A stretch of DNA of 64,000 nucleotides from the sequence record LC667451.1; one strand, written 5' to 3'. The number at the start of each line of letters is the position of its first letter. Position 1 is the stretch's first letter. The translations under genes were made by a program, and so were the position numbers. This document shows positions 1 through 7,078 of the stretch, one piece after another. The notes under the pieces were generated by a model, which was not told the DNA's origin, ran no database searches, and was given only the letters and a program-made list of their open reading frames with translations.

Positions 1-70
1 GCGCGATGGTCAACATGATGTTTCCTTTCAGGAGAGTTGTACAACACAAGATAACTCTCCTGAAGATTCA

Positions 71-292
71 TCAGCTGGCCAACTTGTGACGCTCGAAACC
101 GACGAAGGTTGCGTGGCCGTTTGCTTCCAGCCACTTGTTCAGTTCGTCCAGTTCTTCGTGCCATTCCTTGGGGATTTCCTTGTCCGCATCGAAGTAGCGG
201 CTCATGGCTGCCGTGATTTCACGAGCCCGTTCTTCCGCCACGATAAAGCGCGGACGCAGTCCCAACGGCGGCTTCACATTTTCATTTGCCAC
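71..292 (-). CDS. hypothetical phage protein (PPLGLxP..R..EI..AM.RY family)
   Basis: ORF track 71..355; GTG at 292 with GGAG SD; motif recalled from many phages. Confidence 0.7.
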   Translation of the reverse strand: MANENVKPPLGLRPRFIVAEERAREITAAMSRYFDADKEIPKEWHEELDELNKWLEANGHATFVGFERHKLAS

Positions 293-389
293 AAACGTCT
301 CCAAAGAGGTTGATACAGACGACACAGTCGCCCTCGGCGGTGTGCCAGCGAACACACCGACACACCTGACAGTACTTGTGACCCATCGC

Positions 390-1247
390 TTACTTGAACG
401 TGAGGTTGATGAGCTTCACGCCGACGTCTGCGCCACGCGGCGGCATGAAGAACGGGAACTGCGCAGCGATGCCTTCGTCCAGCGCGTTGATGAGCAGACG
501 CTTGCCGAAGATACCCGTGAGCGATTCCGGAAAGAGCGAATGGAAGAACGTGAACGCATAGTCCTGGCCCTGGAACACGAACTCGCCCTGCACCGTCGAC
601 GCGCCATTGGCTTTTCCGTAACGTTCGTTGGGGTCGAAGTCCACCGCATACGGCATCGGCACGAAGTTGTGTGTTGCGTGCTGCTTAGCCACCGCATAGA
701 AGCGCAGGCCGCCGTCGAGCAACAGATCGAAGCGGAAGCGACCTGCCTTCGTGTCCGGACGCTCGAGCGTGATCGAACTACCGTTACGCACATGCCAGCC
801 GCCATGTACCGGCATCTCCTTCTGATTGGCGACCGCGAGTACCGCGTACGCGTTGTAGCTGCGCAGTTCCGCCTGATCCGGAGTCCACTCGCGACGAACC
901 GCCGGATTGCTGAGCGTGCTGCGATCGTAGTTCTGCAGGAAGTTCGTCGGGACCAGACGATACGGTGCCGTGCCGTCGTCTTCGATGATGGTTTCCAGTA
1001 CGTCACGCGTCACCGAGTGCAGCAATGTCGGATCGTGCTTGTCCTGGTCGTACGTCGAGTCGTGGATACGCAGGAAGATCGTGCCGCGTTCGTGCGAACC
1101 CATGCTGGCGATTTCGAGACGGTAGTTCGGCAGCTTGGCGGCTTCCGTGATGTCAGCGAGCGGCCCGCACACTTCGATCTTGAAGAGTCCCAGATCGAAC
1201 ATCGGCGTTTCGGGTTGCGACAGGACTTGGTTGATGATCTTTGCCAT
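390..1247 (-). CDS. hypothetical protein
   Basis: 285-aa ORF, AAGGAA SD, fits minus-strand gene order. Confidence 0.8.
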   Translation of the reverse strand: MAKIINQVLSQPETPMFDLGLFKIEVCGPLADITEAAKLPNYRLEIASMGSHERGTIFLRIHDSTYDQDKHDPTLLHSVTRDVLETIIEDDGTAPYRLVPTNFLQNYDRSTLSNPAVRREWTPDQAELRSYNAYAVLAVANQKEMPVHGGWHVRNGSSITLERPDTKAGRFRFDLLLDGGLRFYAVAKQHATHNFVPMPYAVDFDPNERYGKANGASTVQGEFVFQGQDYAFTFFHSLFPESLTGIFGKRLLINALDEGIAAQFPFFMPPRGADVGVKLINLTFK

Positions 1248-1294
1248 GATAGTGGTTTCCTTGTTTCAGTTGTAAGTGAGTTTTACTGCTGGTT

Positions 1295-2077
1295 TTACTT
1301 CGAGATGCCTTCCCAGTCCAGCATGAAGTCATCAGGTCCGACTGCGCCACGCAGGTCGCCCGCATAGCGACGCAGGTGTTCATCGACGATGCGCTGCAGC
1401 GCTGCACCGTCGTAATACGTCGGCAGCTGATCACCCAACACGTTGTGAGAGATCTGGAAACGATACGACGCATCGCGCAGGCGCGTAGTGCCGTACAGGC
1501 GACCTTCCGGGATCTGCTTACCTTCGCCCAGCGGTTCCATCTTGAACGCGAAACCATGGCCCATGTAGCTTTCGATACGGTAACGACGACCCGGTGCCGT
1601 TTCGTAGCATTCGACTTTGCAGTACGGTTTCGAGTCGTCCTTGAAACGACGACGCAGACTATCGATGATCGACTTGGCGTAGCTTTGCGCATCGCTCAGA
1701 TCACGGGTGTGGAAGAGCGCCATCGTGAAGAGACTCAGTTCCTCACGGGCAAACACCAGTCGGCAATCGAGTTGCCTTTCGGCTTGCGTACGCAGCGTAT
1801 CCAGCCAGCTGGCCAAACGATCTTCCATCACGCCCCAGTTGACCGACGGATTAGCGAGCCCATCCGGATAACGCAGCCAGACGTTGATTTCTTCACCCGT
1901 GACCGCATTGCAAAACTTGAAGCCGTAGTCCGGCGCCGACGTAATTTCCGTGAGCGGTTGGAACTCGTAACCGGTACGCGCTTTGCTATAGTCGATCACA
2001 CGAATGTCCGACAAGGGTGCCGTACCAACGACTGTCAGGGAACGCTTCGGGGTGACTTCTTCGAACTTGAACGACAT
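1295..2077 (-). CDS. hypothetical protein
   Basis: 260-aa ORF, AAGGAA SD. Confidence 0.8.
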   Translation of the reverse strand: MSFKFEEVTPKRSLTVVGTAPLSDIRVIDYSKARTGYEFQPLTEITSAPDYGFKFCNAVTGEEINVWLRYPDGLANPSVNWGVMEDRLASWLDTLRTQAERQLDCRLVFAREELSLFTMALFHTRDLSDAQSYAKSIIDSLRRRFKDDSKPYCKVECYETAPGRRYRIESYMGHGFAFKMEPLGEGKQIPEGRLYGTTRLRDASYRFQISHNVLGDQLPTYYDGAALQRIVDEHLRRYAGDLRGAVGPDDFMLDWEGISK

Positions 2078-2078
2078 G

Positions 2079-2462
2079 TTAATTTCCTTGTTTCACGTTA
2101 GGGAGTGCTGCGATGGCTGTCCGATCCGCATCAGACAGTTCGTAGTGCAAAGGTGAGGTGCCACGCTCGTCGTTATCTGCGAACGTTTGATCGTGGTCCT
2201 TCGTTTGAAGCGCGATCCTCTTCGTGCTCGGTCGAGCGAAGCGTAGACGATCGATACCGCGTGAATGCGCCACCCAGACGGCCGCGTAGATCTTCGGATG
2301 GGTGTAGGGCTTACCGGGATCAAACTCGACCACGTAGCCCTTTTCCTCTAAGAGCGACTTGATCTCACCGTAGAACTTCTCGGCTAAGGGTCTGATCTTC
2401 GGCTGACGCAGGTACTTCGGATTGCCCTGGATGATGATGGCCAGGTTAGTGGGTCGTGCCAC
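2079..2462 (-). CDS. hypothetical protein, possible minimal alpha/beta-hydrolase-like fold
   Basis: GTG start with GGAGG SD; VWVAHSRG resembles a nucleophile elbow. Confidence 0.65.
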   Translation of the reverse strand: MARPTNLAIIIQGNPKYLRQPKIRPLAEKFYGEIKSLLEEKGYVVEFDPGKPYTHPKIYAAVWVAHSRGIDRLRFARPSTKRIALQTKDHDQTFADNDERGTSPLHYELSDADRTAIAALPNVKQGN

Positions 2463-2471
2463 TCTGCCTCC

Positions 2472-2564
2472 TCAGACGGGTGGACGTTTAGTGCCCCAGA
2501 TCAAAATCAAAATGGCCATAAACACGAAGAGCCAGAATTTCGGCCCGCTGGTTGCTTTCTTCAT
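2472..2564 (-). CDS. 30-aa single-pass membrane peptide (MKKATSGPKFWLFVFMAILILIWGTKRPPV)
   Basis: manual translation; GGAGG SD; fills the gap between terminator and next gene; below ORF-track cutoff. Confidence 0.65.
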   Translation of the reverse strand: MKKATSGPKFWLFVFMAILILIWGTKRPPV

Positions 2565-2577
2565 AGTGCCTCCTACG

Positions 2578-2610
2578 ACATAAGAGGCAGGACTGACCCT
2601 GCCTCTCTCC
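2578..2610 (-). terminator. hairpin with TTATGTC tail
   Basis: AGAGGCAGG/CCTGCCTCT stem. Confidence 0.7.
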
Positions 2611-2615
2611 TGGTT

Positions 2616-3041
2616 TTACTGCAAAGTCGGACGGTTGTCGATCACCGTATCGCGGAAGAGCAAACGGTGACGCTGCGTCGCGCGCGGGGCGCGCAATTCC
2701 ACGCCGTCGAGCATGGTGGTGTTGTAGCGCATGTACGAGACGTCCTTGTTGATCGTGCCCGCACTGAACTTCAACAGCTTGGCGATGAGAGTCTGCTTGA
2801 TGCCGTGCTTCAACATGTCAGCAACAATGGGCCGCCGCTCGTCCGGTCCCAGCCAGTACGACAACACTTCATCGACGCCGTCCCGAAACAGCTTGATGTC
2901 GTGTTTATCGCCGACCTGGGTCACCACCAGTTCGAGGTTCTTGTACTTGTGAACGGTGAGGCTGTAGTATTTGCGACTGCGTTGATACTTTGCTCGGAAG
3001 TCGCTAATGAAGTCGCCCACGCGATCGAATTTCTTTGCCAT
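2616..3041 (-). CDS. HTH DNA-binding protein
   Basis: LKHGIKQTLIAKLLKFSAGTINKDV HTH-like segment; start placed at MAKKF. Confidence 0.65.
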   Translation of the reverse strand: MAKKFDRVGDFISDFRAKYQRSRKYYSLTVHKYKNLELVVTQVGDKHDIKLFRDGVDEVLSYWLGPDERRPIVADMLKHGIKQTLIAKLLKFSAGTINKDVSYMRYNTTMLDGVELRAPRATQRHRLLFRDTVIDNRPTLQ

Positions 3042-3124
3042 GATCGTAACTTTTCCTGTAGAATTGTAAACTTCGTTGTAAAAGGGTAATGACCTTACCC
3101 ATACCAAGAGTGCGGGACGTAAAT

Positions 3125-3628
3125 TTAGTCCTGCAACTGGGTGTATTTGTGGAACTGATCCAGCGTATCCAACCAGATCTTCATCTGCTTCTGGATGTCG
3201 AGGGCATACTTGCGGCCGATGGCCGCTTTCGTTTCACCTGCCTTGTGACCCATGCAAAGCGTGAACCAGTAGTAGATCAGATCCGCAGAAAGGTGTGCCT
3301 TACGTGCCGGAACAGGAATCGCCACAGGCAACAAATGCGAACCAAACTGCGGCATCAGGTACACATTGTCCGATAACGAGAACTCTTTGTGACCAGACTT
3401 CTTACGCTCTTCCACGTCCTCAGTCAGGTAAACGCTACTGACCGTCAGGGCAGCGTTTGGCACGCCCTTGGGCTCCATTCTGAAGATCTGGTGACGTCGC
3501 CCATCTTCGGCTTCACAATCGATCCACGTCGTGTGGAGTTCCATGCTCGGATGCTTGATACCTTCCAGCAACAACACAATGTCCCAGAATGAACGATGAA
3601 ATTCCAGTCCAGTAACCAACATGATCAT
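3125..3628 (-). CDS. hypothetical protein
   Basis: ORF with AAGGAA SD before the ATG at 3628. Confidence 0.7.
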   Translation of the reverse strand: MIMLVTGLEFHRSFWDIVLLLEGIKHPSMELHTTWIDCEAEDGRRHQIFRMEPKGVPNAALTVSSVYLTEDVEERKKSGHKEFSLSDNVYLMPQFGSHLLPVAIPVPARKAHLSADLIYYWFTLCMGHKAGETKAAIGRKYALDIQKQMKIWLDTLDQFHKYTQLQD

Positions 3629-3653
3629 TTCCTTGTAAACACGTTGTAATAAG

Positions 3654-3683
3654 GGCATAAGAGGAGAGCCGAAGCCCTCCTCT
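3654..3683 (-). terminator. hairpin (TTCG loop) with TTATGCC tail ending the RNA cluster
   Basis: AGAGGAG..CTTCGG..CTCCTCT TATGCC. Confidence 0.75.
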
Positions 3684-3689
3684 CGATAC

Positions 3690-4140
3690 CAAAGCGTCGA
3701 TTAGCAGAGTCCAGTTAGTTAGGTAGCTGGGGAATGCTTTGACTCCTTGCGACTCGAATGCACTTCCGGCTACTCTCACAATCGGCGACCCGGATCGCCA
3801 TTCTGAAAGCAGACGGCTGCGCATTCTCAGCGACCATCGTAAGGCGCGAGACCTTTCGTCCAGCGCAGAAGCAACACATCACCGAAAGCGCGACGCACAC
3901 AAGGAAAGCGACAAGCGCAAACATCTCCGGGCGGGCACGTCGGGTTACCCCGGTTACCCACTGTTCGCGAAGAGCGATGACGTGCCACCAGACGGCAGCA
4001 GAGAACAAACAACTTGTCGAGCGTTGCGCACCCGACCGGACGGTTTATCAGAAGACCCCGCACGCAACTGCAGGCTTCCGAAACGAAGTGTCCCCCCATT
4101 AACCGTCAGTCATGGGGTCACAGGCGGAACCCGCCTGATC
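3690..4140 (-). ncRNA. candidate ~450-nt structured ncRNA downstream of tRNA-Phe
   Basis: no convincing ORF; many stems that need G-U pairs on the minus strand (GTTGCGTGC/GTGCGCAAC, GGCACGTC/GACGTGCC, CAGGCGG/CCGCCTG, CTGCGC/GCGCAG). Confidence 0.5.
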
Positions 4141-4216
4141 TGGTGGAAACGGGTAGAATCGAACTACCGACCACTGGATTTTCAGTCCAGCACTCTACCT
4201 GCTGAGTTACGTTTCC
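4141..4216 (-). tRNA. tRNA-Phe(GAA)
   Basis: full cloverleaf, CTGGA-CTGAAAA-TCCAG anticodon arm, encoded CCA. Confidence 0.97.
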
Positions 4217-4229
4217 GAATTCAATGGAT

Positions 4230-4307
4230 TGGGGTGTCGGATGGGATTCGAACCCATGACCCCTGGAATCACAATCCAGTACTCTAACCAACTGAGCTAC
4301 CGACACC
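4230..4307 (-). tRNA. tRNA-His(GTG)
   Basis: cloverleaf with G-1:C73 identity element, encoded CCA. Confidence 0.97.
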
Positions 4308-4320
4308 ACTGCTAAACAAG

Positions 4321-4398
4321 TGGCAGAGGGGGAAGGATTCGAACCTTCGCATGGCGGAATCAAAATCCGCTGCCTTAGACCAACTTGGCGACCCCCCT
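4321..4398 (-). tRNA. tRNA-Gln(TTG)
   Basis: cloverleaf, GCGGA-TTTTGAT-TCCGC, encoded CCA. Confidence 0.95.
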
Positions 4399-4408
4399 AA
4401 ATGAATCT

Positions 4409-4576
4409 GCTGCGAATACGGACAGGTAGGATTCGAACCTACGCTCGCCGAACCGATTCAAAAGGCTCTCTTCTGGCAGCAAGCCAGCCCCTCCTAAAGT
4501 CCAGTCCGACAAGATAACGGCGTAGCAAATAGCCGTTATTGCCTTCATCCGCTCAGCCACTGAACGTACCCGCAGC
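4409..4576 (-). ncRNA. tRNA-Ser-like RNA with extended acceptor stem, 8-bp anticodon-position stem and giant variable arm
   Basis: Ser-type D arm (GTGGCTGAGCGGATGAAGGC), intact T arm (GTAGG-TTCGAAT-CCTAC), no CCA. Confidence 0.7.
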
Positions 4577-4597
4577 AAAACCTTCTACTACTAATAA

Positions 4598-4674
4598 TGG
4601 CGCGGCGTAGGGGACTTGAACCCCTGACCTCTGGCGTGACAGGCCAGCGCTCTAACCAGCTGAGCTAACACCGC
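4598..4674 (-). tRNA. tRNA-Asp(GTC)
   Basis: cloverleaf, CTGGC-CTGTCAC-GCCAG, encoded CCA. Confidence 0.97.
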
Positions 4675-4680
4675 AAAATC

Positions 4681-4810
4681 TATTCAGCGCGTGATCACTC
4701 GTAGATCCTATCTGCCGCACGCATACAACAGACAAGCCCAGTGGATTGCGTCCACTCTCACTATATCGCACGAATAGGCGATTGTGTTACAAGTAATCCG
4801 CGCTGAATAG
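4681..4810 (-). ncRNA. ~130-nt multibranch structured RNA between tRNA-Glu and tRNA-Asp
   Basis: ~22-bp closing helix (TATTCAGCGCG+GATTACTTGTA / TACGAGTGATC+CGCGCTGAATA) enclosing three hairpins. Confidence 0.65.
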
Positions 4811-4824
4811 ACTACAAAAAAGCA

Positions 4825-4900
4825 TGGAGCAGCGTACGGGATTCGAACCCGTGTACTCACCGTGAAAGGGTGATGTCCTAGGCCACTAGACGAACACTGC
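4825..4900 (-). tRNA. tRNA-Glu(TTC)
   Basis: cloverleaf, TCACC-CTTTCAC-GGTGA, encoded CCA. Confidence 0.97.
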
Positions 4901-4917
4901 GAGGACTACAGAATGGG

Positions 4918-5055
4918 TTGTTGCCGTTTGGGGTGGACTCGAACCACCAGCCTCCCGTTTGTTTACCAGTTACCCTGCCCCAATACAACGATGGGGGGCA
5001 GACCCGGATTTGAACCGGGGTACACGGGCGCTCTAACCCTTGAGCTACCACGGCC
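4918..5055 (-). ncRNA. double-tRNA RNA 1 (outer tRNA body plus permuted inner tRNA body, no anticodon)
   Basis: two T arms (CCCGG-TTCAAAT-CCGGG; GGTGG-TTCGAGT-CCACC), two D-like arms, inner stem TCTGCCC/GGGCAGG. Confidence 0.75.
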
Positions 5056-5084
5056 ATCGACAAACTACTACTACTACGAAACTG

Positions 5085-5202
5085 TGGTCCCGCAAGGGTA
5101 GGATTTGAACCTACGACCTTCCCCTGGTGGCAAGCGGGAAACCCGCCTCAGTGGGCGGGGTCGCTTAAATGGGGACGCTCTACCAGACTGAGCTACCACG
5201 GG
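5085..5202 (-). ncRNA. tRNA-like RNA whose anticodon loop is replaced by a ~46-nt branched hairpin
   Basis: D arm GCTC-AGTCTGGTA-GAGC, stem TCCCC/GGGGA, T arm GTAGG-TTCAAAT-CCTAC, bulged acceptor, CCA. Confidence 0.75.
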
Positions 5203-5227
5203 CACTGATACATCTACTACGGAATTC

Positions 5228-5378
5228 TGTTACCGCAAGGTGTGGAATCGAACCACAGTCTTCCCCTAGTTTGTGCGTCTACCAGTTCCGCCACTGCGCG
5301 CGAACGCGCAGACGGGATTCGAACCCGCAAGTTTTGCGAACGCAAAGTGAGGACGATCTACCATTGATCTACCGCGGT
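5228..5378 (-). ncRNA. double-tRNA RNA 2 (outer body plus permuted Leu-like inner body)
   Basis: two T arms; inner acceptor CTGCGCG/CGCGCAG capped by TTCG; Leu-type D arm GGCGGAACTGGTAGACGC. Confidence 0.78.
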
Positions 5379-5406
5379 CATCGTGAAACATCTACTACAA
5401 TACTGC

Positions 5407-5496
5407 TGGCGGAGGCGGTGAGATTCGAACTCACGGCCAGGTTGCCCCGACGTCGGTTTTCAAGACCGGTGCCTTAAACCGCTCGGCCACACCTCC
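5407..5496 (-). tRNA. tRNA-Ser(TGA)
   Basis: class II cloverleaf with long variable arm, encoded CCA. Confidence 0.97.
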
Positions 5497-5512
5497 AGGT
5501 ACTACGAATTCT

Positions 5513-5588
5513 TGGCTCCCCAGGGTGGACTTGAACCACCGACCAACGGATTAACAGTCCGCTACTCTACCGACTGAGCTACTAGGGA
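5513..5588 (-). tRNA. tRNA-Asn(GTT)
   Basis: cloverleaf, GCGGA-CTGTTAA-TCCGT, encoded CCA. Confidence 0.97.
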
Positions 5589-5606
5589 ATTGACGCTGTA
5601 TGTGCA

Positions 5607-5694
5607 TGGTGGGTGCGGCAAGGATTCGAACCTGCGAAGACATGAAGCCAACAGATTTACAGTCTGCCCCCTTTAGCCACTTGGTTACACACCC
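5607..5694 (-). tRNA. tRNA-Tyr(GTA)
   Basis: class II cloverleaf, GCAGA-CTGTAAA-TCTGT, encoded CCA. Confidence 0.96.
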
Positions 5695-5708
5695 GATGCA
5701 TATACATA

Positions 5709-5804
5709 AGCGCTGAGAGAGTGATGGAGGAAAAGCACAGCGCAAAGCAAGCTCCCTTTTGCAAGGAAGCCGTATTACAGCGTCACTCTCTCAAAACATG
5801 CGCT
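5709..5804 (-). ncRNA. stem-bubble-hairpin RNA at the 5' end of the tRNA cluster
   Basis: TGAGAGAGTGA/TCACTCTCTCA 11-bp stem; CTTCCTT-GCAA-AAGGGAG GNRA hairpin. Confidence 0.5.
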
Positions 5805-5821
5805 ACAGCGGTAAATTTTTA

Positions 5822-6160
5822 CTACGCGGGCCCAGATAGGCGCCCTGGGATGCGTCCGACTCCCAGTTCGAAGAGCTGGATTTCGTAGGATGACACGAGG
5901 AGTTTGCGACCCTTGTAGTCCGACCCTTCCATCACGGCATCGCTGTCGTCCCACTGGTAGAACTGCAAGAACGGTTTCTTGTTCACCAGTTGATCGAACG
6001 CCCGCTTGGCCGACTCTTCCTTCGTGTACGTCAGGACCTTGTTACCCGGCAAAGCCCAGCGCGTATCGAATTGCGTGGGAAACTCCGTCTCCGCTGCCTC
6101 GACCAGATACAGTGGATCAGGGTGGTACGAACTGCGAATCCACATGCGGATCATGAACAT
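5822..6160 (-). CDS. hypothetical protein
   Basis: AGGAGG SD before ATG 6160. Confidence 0.75.
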   Translation of the reverse strand: MFMIRMWIRSSYHPDPLYLVEAAETEFPTQFDTRWALPGNKVLTYTKEESAKRAFDQLVNKKPFLQFYQWDDSDAVMEGSDYKGRKLLVSSYEIQLFELGVGRIPGRLSGPA

Positions 6161-6161
6161 C

Positions 6162-6668
6162 TCACACCTCCTTGAATTGCCGCCCGTAGTATTTTCCGCC
6201 GAATTCGAACTCTGGCACGGATACATACCACCAGCCGTGTTCGAGCGTCGCTAAGATCTTGTTGCGCATGGCTTCGTAACTATGACCGCACTCCTCGGCA
6301 ATCTCACGAGCCATCGTGTTCAGATCGGGATAGACCTTGGTGATTGGCGTACCCTCCGTCACTTCTTCGTACACCTGCCAACCCGTAGCTTGCTCGGGTG
6401 TCCATGCTGGCGTGTATCTCGAAGCTTCAGGGCGCGCGCCGTAGTACAACACGATTCCCTTAGCCTTGTGAGACTGTGACAAGGCGACGATTTCGCTGTC
6501 GTCCTCCACAAGGCCCGCATTCCAAAGTTCTTGCCAGCGATCCCATTGAGCTTGTTCGGCAATGAGTTTCGTTCCATCACGTAACGGTCTATAGTGGTCC
6601 TCGCCATAGACCTGATACGTCGGATGAACCCAGTCCGGTGCTACTCGGCGATATGCGATCTTGCCCAT
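6162..6668 (-). CDS. hypothetical protein (paralog of 8778..9296)
   Basis: shared R.VA.DW.HP, PL.DG, WTP..AT...YE....GTP motifs. Confidence 0.8.
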   Translation of the reverse strand: MGKIAYRRVAPDWVHPTYQVYGEDHYRPLRDGTKLIAEQAQWDRWQELWNAGLVEDDSEIVALSQSHKAKGIVLYYGARPEASRYTPAWTPEQATGWQVYEEVTEGTPITKVYPDLNTMAREIAEECGHSYEAMRNKILATLEHGWWYVSVPEFEFGGKYYGRQFKEV

Positions 6669-6669
6669 G

Positions 6670-7068
6670 TTAGAACCCCGCGACGTTGACCTGAAATTGA
6701 AGAAGCGACTTGAAGCGTTCCATGTCGACGCTATCTCCGTAGTCGGGCCATTTGCAACCCAGAAGGAAATGCGAGAGCACGTTCAGTGCCGCTTCCTTGG
6801 CGTCCTGAGCGATTGTGTTGCCGACCAGCGTGATCAGAATACGATCACGCGGATACAGCGAGAAGATCGCCGACACCTGATCGGTGTTGAGGACGACGCC
6901 CGCTTCCTTGTCCCACAATGCAGCCACCGTCTGGTAGGCTTCGTCGGGTGTCGCCAGATAGCGATGGTTGAGCATGTCCGTCGATTCACGCAGCCGTCCA
7001 TCGATGATGAAGAACTGATGCTGGTTTTCTGCGGTTTGCAGCGTGTTCTTAGCGGTATCGAATTTCAT
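6670..7068 (-). CDS. hypothetical protein (tandem paralog of 7079..7486)
   Basis: shared QV..I..LYP..R and F.LGC.WP.YGD motifs. Confidence 0.8.
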   Translation of the reverse strand: MKFDTAKNTLQTAENQHQFFIIDGRLRESTDMLNHRYLATPDEAYQTVAALWDKEAGVVLNTDQVSAIFSLYPRDRILITLVGNTIAQDAKEAALNVLSHFLLGCKWPDYGDSVDMERFKSLLQFQVNVAGF

Positions 7069-7078
7069 GATCGTCTCC

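Noticed and set aside
3690-4140. tmRNA or RNase P RNA identity for the large structured region
   Set aside because: No GGGG..T-arm..CCA tRNA-like domain or tag frame; no GAGGAAAGTCC / ACAGAACCCGGCTTA motifs on either strand.
5085-5202. Ordinary tRNA with a group I or archaeal BHB intron
   Set aside because: The insert is ~46 nt (too short for group I), no bulge-helix-bulge is evident, and removing it does not restore a recognisable 7-nt anticodon loop; the acceptor bulge would remain.
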